Counted from the stretch's first letter, positions 18,359 to 27,444 are shown. The stretch is DNA of 32,000 bases from Gemmata obscuriglobus (GCF_008065095.1 NZ_CP042911.1:4650001-4682000), one strand, 5' to 3'. Notes: generated by a model not told the origin, from the sequence alone. Translations and numbers: made by a program.

Positions 18359-19237
18359 ATGTCCCTTGCCGACGAGTTCCCGGAAATCACGAAGCGGAAC
18401 GAACCGCTCGCCCCGTTCACGCACCTGACGATCGGCGGCCCGGCCGAGTTCCTCGTTCAGCCGCGTTCGGTGGACGAGCTGAACGCCGTGCTGGCCGCGT
18501 GCCAGCGCGACAAGGTCCCCGTCCGGATGCTCGGCGGCGGGTTCAACCTGCTCGTCCAGGACGACCCGGTCCCCGGCGCGGTGATCCGGCTGACCGCCGA
18601 GCCGTTCACGTTCCTCCGGCGGGACGGCAAGAAAGTCACCGCGGGCGGCGGTGCCGCACTGTTCGACCTCATCGCGTTCGCCGTCAAACACGGGCTGGGC
18701 GGGCTCGAAACCCTTGTCGGCATTCGCGGCACCGTGGGCGGCAGCGTGCGGTGCAACGTCGGGGACCGCAGCGGCGAGATCAGCCAGGCGGTCCGCAACG
18801 TCACCGTGCTCACCGACGCCGGCAAGGTGCAGGTGCGCGGCCGCGACGAGCTCACGTTCCGCGAGCACGACAGCGACATCGACGAGGCCGTCATTCTGTC
18901 GGTCGAGTTCGAACTTGAGACCGAACCGCCGGAGCAGGTGCTCAAGAAGATGCGGAAGGCGTGGATCCAGCGGAAGACCTCGGAACCGCTCAGCTTCCAG
19001 AAGTACGTGCGGCTGTTCCGCAACCCGCCGGGCAACACCGCCGCGGCGCTGATCGACCGCGCTCAGCTCACCAAGGCCCGCACGGGGGCCGCCGAGCTGA
19101 GCGAGCGGAACTCGAACTACGCGGTGGCCCACCCGGGCACCACGGCGCGCGACATCATCCAGCTCGCCGATCACGTTAAGGCGAAGGTGAAGGAGCGCAC
19201 CGGCGTGGCACTGGAGCGGGAGCTGCACGTCTGGTGA
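18359..19237 (+). CDS. murB: UDP-N-acetylenolpyruvoylglucosamine reductase
   Basis: MurB/FAD-binding pattern: PLAPFTHLTIGGPAEFLVQPRSVDELNAVL, VRMLGGGFNLLVQD, GIRGTVGGSVRCNVG, GAAELSERNSNYAV. AAGGAGG lies 6 nt upstream of the ATG. Confidence 0.9.
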   Translation: MSLADEFPEITKRNEPLAPFTHLTIGGPAEFLVQPRSVDELNAVLAACQRDKVPVRMLGGGFNLLVQDDPVPGAVIRLTAEPFTFLRRDGKKVTAGGGAALFDLIAFAVKHGLGGLETLVGIRGTVGGSVRCNVGDRSGEISQAVRNVTVLTDAGKVQVRGRDELTFREHDSDIDEAVILSVEFELETEPPEQVLKKMRKAWIQRKTSEPLSFQKYVRLFRNPPGNTAAALIDRAQLTKARTGAAELSERNSNYAVAHPGTTARDIIQLADHVKAKVKERTGVALERELHVW

Positions 19238-19899
19238 AACGCGCCAAGAAGGCCCGCCCTGCCCCGCCACCGCCGCGCGGCGGGCGCCCTGTCCTGACCG
19301 TCGTGCTGACGCTCGGCTTCGCGGCGGCGCTGCTGTTCGGGTTGTCACTGCTGGGCGATCAGGCGAAGCGCCGCATCGGCCCGCGCGACCGGTACTCCGT
19401 GGCGTTTGCGGACATCCGGTGCGACCCGCCACCGGGTACGGACCGGGAAACGTTCCTCACCGAAGTGCGTTACACCGCCGCCGCAGGCTCGACGCTCCAA
19501 CTGCTCGATCCGCAACTGAAGCCGCGCCTCACGGGAGCCTTCGCCGCTCACCCGTGGGTGCTCCGCGTCGATTCCGTCACCATCGAACCGCCCGACGTGG
19601 TTGCCGTCGCTCTGACCTTCCGTAAGCCGGTGCTGTGCGTGCCGCACGCAGCAACCAAGCGCGCCGTGGACGCTAAGGGGGTCTTACTGCCGGCCACCGC
19701 GCCGACCGACGGGCTCCCGGAACTGTTGGGCGCGCCGGCGCTGCCGTCGAACGCCCTGGCGGGCCACCTCTGGCCCGCGGAAGTGGTGGTGCGAGCGGCC
19801 CCGGTCGCGGTGGAGTACAAGCCGAAGACCCTGGAACGCACCCCGCAGGGCTGGCAACTCATCATGCCCGACGGCCGAAAGCTGCTCGTCGCGAAGTGA
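19234..19899 (+). CDS. FtsQ/DivIB-like membrane protein (basic N-tail, TM helix, POTRA-like region)
   Basis: The GTG start overlaps the murB stop (GTGA). There is a basic tail KRAKKARP and a TM helix VLTVVLTLGFAAALLFGLSLL. The segment FADIRCD...TFLTEVRY...LTGAFAAHPWVLRVDSVTIEPPDVVAVALTFRKPVLCV resembles the FtsQ POTRA/PWV motif. Confidence 0.6.
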   Translation: MKRAKKARPAPPPPRGGRPVLTVVLTLGFAAALLFGLSLLGDQAKRRIGPRDRYSVAFADIRCDPPPGTDRETFLTEVRYTAAAGSTLQLLDPQLKPRLTGAFAAHPWVLRVDSVTIEPPDVVAVALTFRKPVLCVPHAATKRAVDAKGVLLPATAPTDGLPELLGAPALPSNALAGHLWPAEVVVRAAPVAVEYKPKTLERTPQGWQLIMPDGRKLLVAK

Positions 19900-19964
19900 C
19901 GCCGACGGCCGCCGATTCCGACGCGCGAGGTTCGCTGACGCCGGGTCTGGTCGACGCGATCCGG

Positions 19965-21314
19965 TCACCCGGCCCCCTCCGGTTTTTGCTTGCGCTTCCG
20001 CAACTCTTCGAGCCGGGCCTTGATCTTGGCCTCGTGGCCGCGGTCGGTCGGGTGGTAATACTCGGCGTCGGTCGGGATGTACTCCTGCTCCACCCACCCG
20101 CCCTCGAAGTCGTGCGCGTACTTGTACCCGACCCCGTGCCCGAACACCTCTTTTGCCCCGCGATACCCTTTGTCACGCAGGTGCAGCGGGACCGGCAGCG
20201 TGCGCCCCTCCTTCACGTCCTTCGCGGCGGCCTCGCCGGCCATGTAGCTCGCGTTCGACTTCTGCGCGGTCGCCAGGTACGTCACCGCGTGCGCCAGGTT
20301 GATCCGGCACTCGGGCAGCCCGACCTTTTCCACCGCGTCCCAGGCGGCGTTGGCCAGCACCACCCCGAAGGGGTCCGCGTTCCCCACGTCCTCCGACGCG
20401 AAAATGACCAGGCGCCGGGCGACGAACCGCGGGTCCTCGCCGCCTTCGAGCATCCGGGCCATCCAGTAGAGCGCCGCGTCCGGGTCGCTGCCGCGCAGGC
20501 TCTTGATGAACGCCGAGGCGGTGTCGTAGTGGGTGTCGCCGGTGGGGTCGAACTCGATCACCTTCTGCTGGATCGAGTCCTGCGCCAGTTCGAGGTCGAA
20601 CCGGATGGACGACGCGGCCTTCGCGTTCTCGGGGGCCAGTGACGACTTCACCCCGATCTCCAGCGCCGTGAGCGCGCGGCGGGCGTCGCCGTCGCACACC
20701 TCGACCAGGAACGCCAGTGCGTCGTCAGTGATCGTCACGTTCAGTTTGCCGAGTCCGCGTTCCGTGTCGGAGACGGCGCGCAGGAGGAGGGTGCGAACAT
20801 CGTCGCGCGAGAGCGGCTCGAACCGGAAGATCTGGCTTCGAGATAGGAGGGGGGTGTTGATCGCGAAGAACGGGTTCTGCGTGGTCGCGCCGATCAGAAT
20901 GATGACGCCGTCTTCCACGTCGGGCAGGAGCACGTCTTGCTGGGCGCGGTTGAACCGGTGGATCTCGTCGAGAAAGAGGATCGTGCGCTCCCCCAACTCT
21001 TCCAGGTGCCCGCGGGCCTCGGCGAGCAGTTCGCGCACGTCCTTTGTGCCCGCGGCTACGGCGTTCAACGGCTTGAACCGGCTCTTCGTGTGCTTGGCGA
21101 TGACGTGGGCCAGAGCCGTCTTACCGCACCCCGGGGGGCCGTAGAAAATGAGGGAGTTCAACCGGTCCGCCAGGAGCATCCGGCGGAGCAGCTTGCCGGG
21201 AGCGAGGAAGTGCGTCTGCCCGACGTACTCGTCGAGCGTCCGCGGGCGCATCCGTGCGGCCAGCGGACGCGCGCGGAGGCGGTTCTCGTCCCTCAAATCG
21301 TCGAACAAATCCAT
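19965..21314 (-). CDS. rarA: Replication-associated recombination protein A (AAA+ ATPase, MgsA/RarA)
   Basis: Motifs RPRTLDEYVGQTHFL, Walker A GPPGCGKTALA and Walker B LFLDEIHRFNRAQQD, followed by a MgsA C-terminal region (YDTASAFIKSLRGSDPDAALYWMARML). ATG at 21314 (MDLFDDL); the track extension to 21407 is unnecessary. Confidence 0.92.
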   Translation of the reverse strand: MDLFDDLRDENRLRARPLAARMRPRTLDEYVGQTHFLAPGKLLRRMLLADRLNSLIFYGPPGCGKTALAHVIAKHTKSRFKPLNAVAAGTKDVRELLAEARGHLEELGERTILFLDEIHRFNRAQQDVLLPDVEDGVIILIGATTQNPFFAINTPLLSRSQIFRFEPLSRDDVRTLLLRAVSDTERGLGKLNVTITDDALAFLVEVCDGDARRALTALEIGVKSSLAPENAKAASSIRFDLELAQDSIQQKVIEFDPTGDTHYDTASAFIKSLRGSDPDAALYWMARMLEGGEDPRFVARRLVIFASEDVGNADPFGVVLANAAWDAVEKVGLPECRINLAHAVTYLATAQKSNASYMAGEAAAKDVKEGRTLPVPLHLRDKGYRGAKEVFGHGVGYKYAHDFEGGWVEQEYIPTDAEYYHPTDRGHEAKIKARLEELRKRKQKPEGAG

Positions 21315-21550
21315 CACGTCACCCGACTGTGTGGCCCCGCCAAGACGGCCGACCCAACCTGCAGAATGACGGCTCCGAAAGTGACCCGCAACCCCGGTTT
21401 GCCGCATTTCGCCAAGCGTAAAGGTGCATCCCCGCGCTCACGGCCCTCCACCCGGCGAACCCGAACCTTGCTGTCAAAAGCGTCACGACTCACCGGCGCT
21501 TTTGCCGGTGAGTGACCGAACCCCTGCACACGGGAACCAGCCCCGGTAAG

Positions 21551-22621
21551 ATGGCGGAGCGCGAACTCGCCTCCACTCAAGCCCCCGAACCGATGAACCA
21601 CCCGATTTGCGGCGACACCCCGCCCTCCCCTCCCTTTCCGGTGGCGCGCCCGCGCCGGCTCCGCTACAACCCGCTGGTTCGTGAGCTGGTGCGCGAGACG
21701 GAACTCTCCGCGCGCGACCTCATCCTGCCGCTGTTCGTCCGCCCCGGGGCGGGCGTGCGCCAGGAAATCAGCTCGATGCCCGGGAACTTCCAGCTCAGCC
21801 CCGACACCCTCGTGGACGAGGTCGGCGCCGCCCGCGACCTGGGGATCAAGGCGTTCATCCTCTTCGGCATCCCGGAGTTCAAGGACGCCACCGGCTCCAG
21901 CGCGCTGAAGGACGAGGGCATCGTGCAGCAGTCACTGCGGGTGCTGCGCAAGGCGCACGGTTCGAACGTTCTTCTCATCACGGACGAGTGCTTCTGCGAA
22001 TACACGGACCACGGGCACTGTGGCATCCTGTGCGACCGCGGCGGGATTCTGGACGTGGACAACGACGCGACGCTGCCCATTCTCGCCCAGCAGTGCGTGA
22101 GCCACGCGAAGGCCGGCGCCGACGTGATCGCGCCCAGCGGAATGATGGACGGCATGGTGCGCGCGATCCGCACCGGCCTCGACGACGCCGGGTTCCAGAA
22201 CGTCCCGATCCTGAGTTACGCGGCCAAGTACGCGAGCGGGTTCTACGGCCCGTTCCGCGAGGCCGCCGAATCCCCGCCGTCGTTCGGCGACCGCAACACG
22301 TATCAGATGGACCCCGCGAACGGCGACGAGGCCCTTAAAGAGGTGGCGATCGACCTCGCGGAAGGGGCCGACATGATCATGGTGAAGCCGGCGCTGTCTT
22401 ACCTCGACATCATCCGCCGGGTGAAGGAGCGGTTCCAGGTGCCGGTGGCCGCGTACAACGTGAGCGGCGAGTTCGCCATGGTGAAGGCCGCGGCCCAGAA
22501 CGGCTGGATCGACGAGCGCCGCGTCACCCTCGAGATCCTCACCAGCATCCGCCGCGCCGGGTCGGACATGATCCTGACGTACCACGCCCGCGACGTGGCA
22601 AAGTGGCTCCGCTCAGGCTGA
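21551..22621 (+). CDS. hemB: Porphobilinogen synthase (delta-aminolevulinate dehydratase), Zn-type
   Basis: Motifs [17 protein letters not shown], the cysteine-rich metal site [14 protein letters not shown], the active-site region [13 protein letters not shown], and [11 protein letters not shown]. The start is uncertain: ATG 21551 or 21593. The track GTG at 21512 lies inside a leader hairpin. Confidence 0.9.
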   Translation: MAERELASTQAPEPMNHPICGDTPPSPPFPVARPRRLRYNPLVRELVRETELSARDLILPLFVRPGAGVRQEISSMPGNFQLSPDTLVDEVGAARDLGIKAFILFGIPEFKDATGSSALKDEGIVQQSLRVLRKAHGSNVLLITDECFCEYTDHGHCGILCDRGGILDVDNDATLPILAQQCVSHAKAGADVIAPSGMMDGMVRAIRTGLDDAGFQNVPILSYAAKYASGFYGPFREAAESPPSFGDRNTYQMDPANGDEALKEVAIDLAEGADMIMVKPALSYLDIIRRVKERFQVPVAAYNVSGEFAMVKAAAQNGWIDERRVTLEILTSIRRAGSDMILTYHARDVAKWLRSG

Positions 22622-22634
22622 GCACCAGACGTTT

Positions 22635-22662
22635 GCCGGCCCGCCCACCGAAGCGGGCCGGC
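22635..22662 (+). terminator. GC-rich hairpin downstream of hemB (possible terminator, no clear U-tract)
   Basis: GCCGGCCCGC-CCACCGAA-GCGGGCCGGC begins 14 nt after the hemB stop, between convergent genes. Confidence 0.35.
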
Positions 22663-22838
22663 GGCACCGCCGCGCGACTGCCACATCGATAGACATCAGT
22701 CATCTTTCATGTTTTACTCATCCCGTTGAGGCATTCGGCCCGGGATCTCCGCGCAACCCCTTTGGACGCAGTCCCTTCAACTGGCCGTGCCTGTTTCTTG
22801 TGGCGCGAGCCGCCGTTTACGACTTCCTGACGGACGGC

Positions 22839-23918
22839 TTACGCACCCTTGGCCTTATCCTCCTTCGCCTGATCGGCCACCTCGTGCTTCGTTGGCTTCA
22901 CGTTCACCCGTTCCAGCACCGCGAGGGCCGAGGCGATCACCCGCAGTTCGCCGATCACCCCCGCCATGAGGACGCCCTCCGTCGCGTTCAAGTCGGCATC
23001 CGCCGGCGGTGTCGGCATCTCAGGAAAGGGCTCATACGTTGGCGCGGAATCGGCCCGCTTGGTCAGGGCAACCACCCGCTCGGCGAGGCGACCGGACGCC
23101 TTCGTGACGGCCGCCACGAACGGAGCCGCCGACGCGTTCTGTCTCAACCGCTCGCACCCGCTGGCAACGGCAATTGCGCCCAACCCGACCTGCCCACCGA
23201 GAATTGCGCGCTCGGCCGTGGCGGTTGCCGAGGTCCGGAACACCTGCCCCTCGCGCCGGGCGTCGCGAATCGCCTTGAACACCTTGCCCAACTGCAGCTC
23301 GGTTTGGTCCGTTTCTTCTTCGCCTTCGGGTGGCGGCTTCCCGACCGTCTCCAGAACATGGGACGCCAGTAACAGCAGTTTGCTCACGGCCTGGGTGGCA
23401 GCAACCTCGGCCCGCACCGGCCACACCAGGAGGCTCACCCCCAACCCGACCCCGGCGCCGATGAGTGTGTTGAGGAACCGGTACAGGCCGTAGGACACGA
23501 CGTGGTCGGGGCGTATCAGCAGAGTGACCATGCACACGGCCAGCGTCACCCGGCTGAGCTGTTCGAGCTTGATGAGGCGCGAGAGCACGGCAGCGACAAT
23601 GGCCGCCGCAACGACGCCCCAAATGTCCACGCCCAGGGTGACGAGGAACACCACCCCGACGCCCGCGCCCAGGAGCGTGCCGACCAGCCGGACGAGCGAC
23701 TGGTTCAGGTCTTCACCAAAATTCTCCCCGACGATGAGTGCGGCGGTGAGCACCGCGTACAGGGAGTTGTGCGAGCGCTCCCCATAGGTGAGCAAGTACG
23801 CGAGGCCAACCGCCAACCCGACCTTGAGGCAGACCCGAAGCGTTTGCCAGTTCACCGAAAGCTCCGATAAGAACGACACGGCGTGCGGCGCAATAAGCAC
23901 ATTCCGCGCCGATCGCAT
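22839..23918 (-). CDS. FUSC / aromatic-acid-exporter-like integral membrane protein
   Basis: The N-terminal half is multi-TM (LKVGLAVGLAYLL, YAVLTAALIVGENFG, VRLVGTLLGAGVGVVFLV, IWGVVAAAIVAAVL, LNTLIGAGVGLGVSLLVWP) and the C-terminal half is soluble and helical. This layout is typical of FUSC_2/ArAE proteins. The assignment is by eye. Confidence 0.6.
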   Translation of the reverse strand: MRSARNVLIAPHAVSFLSELSVNWQTLRVCLKVGLAVGLAYLLTYGERSHNSLYAVLTAALIVGENFGEDLNQSLVRLVGTLLGAGVGVVFLVTLGVDIWGVVAAAIVAAVLSRLIKLEQLSRVTLAVCMVTLLIRPDHVVSYGLYRFLNTLIGAGVGLGVSLLVWPVRAEVAATQAVSKLLLLASHVLETVGKPPPEGEEETDQTELQLGKVFKAIRDARREGQVFRTSATATAERAILGGQVGLGAIAVASGCERLRQNASAAPFVAAVTKASGRLAERVVALTKRADSAPTYEPFPEMPTPPADADLNATEGVLMAGVIGELRVIASALAVLERVNVKPTKHEVADQAKEDKAKGA

Positions 23919-24153
23919 GTGAAGTAGTTCGGCGGAACCGGCCTTCTCCTTGATTGTGCCCTTGGAAGGACGGCGCCTGATAGCGGGAGGTCATCGGAAT
24001 CGACCCGCCGAAAGAGCTACTCCTTTCGTGGACGAACTACACCACCCGGACGGCGCACGACCGGAGGAACACGAACGTCGGTCGCGCCTCTCCTGGTTCA
24101 TGACGCGGGCGATTTTTGCTGTTCCTTGCCCGCGCGTGGGGTAGGATGCGGAC

Positions 24154-25467
24154 ATGCACGTCACGGACGAACAGCCGTTCCTCGACGCGGTGTTCGAGCG
24201 GTACGCGGACGACGGCCCTCGGCTGGTGTACGCCGATTACCTCGACGACTCTGGGGCGCCCGAGCGCGCGGAACTGATCCGCGTCCAGTTGGCCCTCGCG
24301 CGCCTGTCCGAAGACGACCCGCGCCGCCCGCCGCTGCTCGACCGACAGGTCGAACTGCTGAACGACAACCGTGCCGCGTGGACCGCACACCTGGCCGGGC
24401 TGGTCATCTCGGTGGACTTCCGGCGCGGCATCCCCGACTCCGCGTCGGTGGACGCTGCGACCTTTCTCGAACGCGGAGACGAGCTGTTCCGACGCCTCCG
24501 TGTGCGGCGGCTCAGCGTTCGGGATGCCGCACCGGTACTGCCGAAGCTCGCCGCGTGCCCGCTGCTCGCCGGGGTTCGTGAACTGGATCTGTGTAACTGC
24601 GATTTGGGGCCGCGCGGGCTGGAGACACTCGCCCGCTCACCGCACTTGAAAAACCTCAAAGTGATCGACCTCGGGTTCAACAAGCTCGACGACACTGCGA
24701 TTGACGTTCTCGCCCGCAGCAGCGAACTTCCGTCCCTCACCGTGCTGGCACTGAACGACAACGACACGATCGGCGACGCCGGGGTGCGAAGCCTCGCACA
24801 GTCCCCCTTCTTCGCAGGGCTCACCGCGCTCGACCTGTCCGGAAACGACATCGGCGACGCCGGTGCCATCGCGCTCGCCGGAACGAACTACCTTCCGGTG
24901 CTCCGCACCGTGCGACTCGCGAGTAACCGGATCGGTGACGCCGGCGCCGCGGCGCTCGCACGGTCCCCGCTGCTCGGGCGGATGCTGTCGGCGTCCCCAG
25001 AGTTGGTGCTCCGGGCGAATGCGATCGGGCACGCCGGGGCCGCGGCGCTCGCGGCCTCCCCGGCACTCAAATCGTGCGTGCATCTCGACCTGTCGCACAA
25101 CTATCTCGGCGACACGGGAATCGGTGCTCTGCTGCAATCCCCATATCTGAAGCGGCTCAAAACGCTCCAACTGGCGCGGAACCAGTTGACCGACGCGGGC
25201 CTGAACGCGTCTTACGAGCGGCTCAGTCGGCTCTTCGACCAGCTCCGCGCGCTGGACCTCTCGTGCAACCGGCTCACCCGCGTCGGATTGGGCATATTGT
25301 CGGCGGCCCGGGGAGACCGGCCGGTGCAAATCGACGTGAGCCAAAACGTCCAGTCCGCGCCACTCGGCGACGCGCCGGTCGCGGTGGCAGAACTCCTACC
25401 CGGCGTGCTCAACGGCGTCACCGAACCGACGCGACTCCGACAGCGAACCCCAACTCCGCCCCACTGA
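24154..25467 (+). CDS. TIGR02996-type repeat-companion domain protein with ribonuclease-inhibitor-like leucine-rich repeats
   Basis: The N-terminus FLDAVFERYADDGPRLVYADYLDDSGAPERAELIRVQLALARL matches the Gemmata repeat-companion domain pattern. About 10 repeats of about 28 aa follow (e.g. LKVIDLGFNKLDDTAIDVLARS, LTALDLSGNDIGDAGAIALAG, LRTVRLASNRIGDAGAAALARS). Confidence 0.8.
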   Translation: MHVTDEQPFLDAVFERYADDGPRLVYADYLDDSGAPERAELIRVQLALARLSEDDPRRPPLLDRQVELLNDNRAAWTAHLAGLVISVDFRRGIPDSASVDAATFLERGDELFRRLRVRRLSVRDAAPVLPKLAACPLLAGVRELDLCNCDLGPRGLETLARSPHLKNLKVIDLGFNKLDDTAIDVLARSSELPSLTVLALNDNDTIGDAGVRSLAQSPFFAGLTALDLSGNDIGDAGAIALAGTNYLPVLRTVRLASNRIGDAGAAALARSPLLGRMLSASPELVLRANAIGHAGAAALAASPALKSCVHLDLSHNYLGDTGIGALLQSPYLKRLKTLQLARNQLTDAGLNASYERLSRLFDQLRALDLSCNRLTRVGLGILSAARGDRPVQIDVSQNVQSAPLGDAPVAVAELLPGVLNGVTEPTRLRQRTPTPPH

Positions 25468-25624
25468 ACGCAACCATTCCGAGAGCCCGCCCGCGACGCA
25501 AAACCATATCGAAAAAACTCTTGCGCCTTCGTCTGCTGCTCGACCGCAGGCTGACATCGTTCGACCGTCGGCCGGCGTGAAAAAATCGTGCGCGGTGCGG
25601 CCCTCACCGGAACATGATGTGTGC

Positions 25625-27061
25625 ATGCGACGCCTTTTCGACCTTTGGAAGCGAATCGGTATTGTTCCGGCTGTCGGCGTTCCCGACGACGAACTGTTAC
25701 GCCGGTTCGCCCGTCACGGAGACCACGACGCGTTCGCCGCGCTCGTGACCCGCTACGGCCCGCTGGTGTACGGGGCGTGCCGCCGGCTGCTGCCCGACCC
25801 ACTCGACGTGGAGGACGCGTTTCAGGCCGCGTTCATCGTGCTCGTGCGCCGGGCCGGCGCGGTGCGTGGGCGGCCGGTAGGGCCGTGGCTGCACCGGGTG
25901 GCCGTGCTCACGGCGCGCAGCCTTCGCAGGCGCAACGCGGTGCGGCTCGCGGCGGTTGGCCCGTTGGCCGAGACCCCGGCCCGGCCGACCGACACCGACG
26001 CCCGGCTCGACGTGGACGCCGCCCTGTCCGCGCTGCCGCGGAAGTACCGCGAGCCGGTGATCCTTTGTCACCTCCAAGGGTGGACCCGCCGGGAACTGGC
26101 GGACCACCTCGGGTGCCCTGAAAGTACGGCTGCTTCGCTCGTCGCGCGAGGGCTCGCGAAACTCAGGCGCCGGTTGGCCGGACGCGAGCCGGCGGCCGTT
26201 CTCGCCGCGGCCGCGCCGGCAGTGGTCCCTTCGGCGCTGGCCGTCTCCACGACCCGAGCCGCAATCCAGTATTCGACATCGTTTTCGGCCGCTGCCGTCC
26301 CTCCGACAGTGGCCGCCTTGGCGAACGGAGTCCTTCATATGGTCCGCATGAAACAACTGGCCGCGGTGGTAGCCATTACGGTCGCCGCGGTGGCAGCATT
26401 GGCTATCGGTGCCGGCTTATTCGCCGGGCCAACGGTCCCGGTGAGCGCTCAACCCGGTCCCCCGTCACAACCGCCGGACGAGCGGGCGCGGGTGGAGCAA
26501 GAGTTGGAGGCCGCCCGGCGCAGAGTCGCGGAACTGGAGGCCGTGCGCGCCCGGTTAGCCGCGGCCGAGGAAAACGCCCCGCGCCTGCTGATCGAGGTGG
26601 GGAGCGGACCGGCCCCACGCATCGTGGTTACCGAGTTCAAGACCGGCGGCAAGAGCATCGGGAGTGTCGAGACGACGAGCCCCGAAATGCTCACCCGGTT
26701 CGTGTCGCGCAGCCGGAATGATCCCGCAGGTCCCAAAACGCTCAAAGTTCATTTCGACCCGGGGTGCCCGGAAGCGGTCAGAAACGAAATCGCCAGCGCG
26801 GTCCGCGCCGGCGGGAACGATACACCGGTTATTCCTGTTCGGGAGCTGGCGCCCATATCGCTAAAGGACGGTCTGTCCCCTTACGTGATCGAGGCACCGG
26901 ACACGCTCCTGATCGAGGTGGTCGTTCAGAGGAAGGGCGTGGATGGGCCGGTCGCCGAGCGCCTGACGTTGCAGCCGATTAGTGGTCAGTTCCAGGTTCG
27001 CCCGGACGGAACCGTGGGACTCGGGTTCTGGGGAGCGTGTCTGTCGCCGGGCGGACACTGA
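25625..27061 (+). CDS. ECF sigma factor-TM-coiled coil-periplasmic region; the 5' part of a gene apparently interrupted by a 1-nt frameshift
   Basis: Sigma region 2 (DAFAALVTRYGPLVYGACRRLL...VEDAFQAAFIVL) and region 4 (LPRKYREPVILCHLQGWTRRELADHLGCPESTAASLVARGLAKLRRRL) are present. A TM helix follows (LAAVVAITVAAVAALAIGAGLF), then a coiled coil. The Poly_export-like start YVIEAPDTLLIEV...VRPDGTVGLGFWG is cut off by a stop at 27059-27061. Confidence 0.8.
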   Translation: MRRLFDLWKRIGIVPAVGVPDDELLRRFARHGDHDAFAALVTRYGPLVYGACRRLLPDPLDVEDAFQAAFIVLVRRAGAVRGRPVGPWLHRVAVLTARSLRRRNAVRLAAVGPLAETPARPTDTDARLDVDAALSALPRKYREPVILCHLQGWTRRELADHLGCPESTAASLVARGLAKLRRRLAGREPAAVLAAAAPAVVPSALAVSTTRAAIQYSTSFSAAAVPPTVAALANGVLHMVRMKQLAAVVAITVAAVAALAIGAGLFAGPTVPVSAQPGPPSQPPDERARVEQELEAARRRVAELEAVRARLAAAEENAPRLLIEVGSGPAPRIVVTEFKTGGKSIGSVETTSPEMLTRFVSRSRNDPAGPKTLKVHFDPGCPEAVRNEIASAVRAGGNDTPVIPVRELAPISLKDGLSPYVIEAPDTLLIEVVVQRKGVDGPVAERLTLQPISGQFQVRPDGTVGLGFWGACLSPGGH

Positions 27062-27444
27062 ACGAAGCCGCCGCGGCGATTCGCGCGCACGTGGCCGCTT
27101 ACGCCGCACTCAAGGACCAGCGGGACACCACTGACTCTTTGGCCGTGATAGTCGATGTCGTGGCGTACAACAGCAAGAAATACTACGTCATCGTGGACGA
27201 GGGCAACGGTGAAGCCGTCTACCCGTTCCCGGTGACGGGCGGGGATGCGGTTCTTGACGCGCTCGCGAACTGGCGAGGCGCGATCCGGCCCGAAACCAAG
27301 ATCTGGGTCGCACGGAAAGGGAAAGAAGGTAAAGAACCTCAAATCCTACCGGTTGATTGGTCGGGGATCACGATGCAGGGAATCAGCAACACGAATTATC
27401 ATTTGCTACCGGGCGACCGAATCTACGTGAAGTTGAAGAAGTAG
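27037..27444 (+). CDS. Poly_export (remainder) plus SLBB domain ORF; the 3' part of the same interrupted gene
   Basis: SVAGRTLNEAAAAIRAHV continues the Poly_export motif begun in the other frame. YYVIVDEGNGEAVYPFPVTGGDAVLDALANWRG...HLLPGDRIYV is SLBB-like. The track start is GTG at 27037, and the ORF overlaps the upstream ORF by 25 nt. Confidence 0.7.
   Translation: MSVAGRTLNEAAAAIRAHVAAYAALKDQRDTTDSLAVIVDVVAYNSKKYYVIVDEGNGEAVYPFPVTGGDAVLDALANWRGAIRPETKIWVARKGKEGKEPQILPVDWSGITMQGISNTNYHLLPGDRIYVKLKK

Noticed and set aside
17981-19432. N-terminal 484 codons of the 663-aa minus-strand ORF 17441-19432
   Set aside because: That portion is antisense to murB and the ftsQ-like gene and is low complexity. 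Only the last 179 codons, starting at ATG 17980 with a signal peptide, look real.
22690-22700. Shared 11-mer TAGACATCAGT here and at 27580-27590, both downstream of minus-strand genes
   Set aside because: Repeated 11-mers are expected many times by chance in 32 kb, and the flanks do not extend the match.
27026-27040. Programmed -1 ribosomal frameshift joining the two ECF/Poly_export ORFs
   Set aside because: I see no X-XXY-YYZ slippery heptamer and no obvious downstream pseudoknot. A length change in the G4 homopolymer (error or mutation) is the simpler explanation, although frameshifting is not formally excluded.
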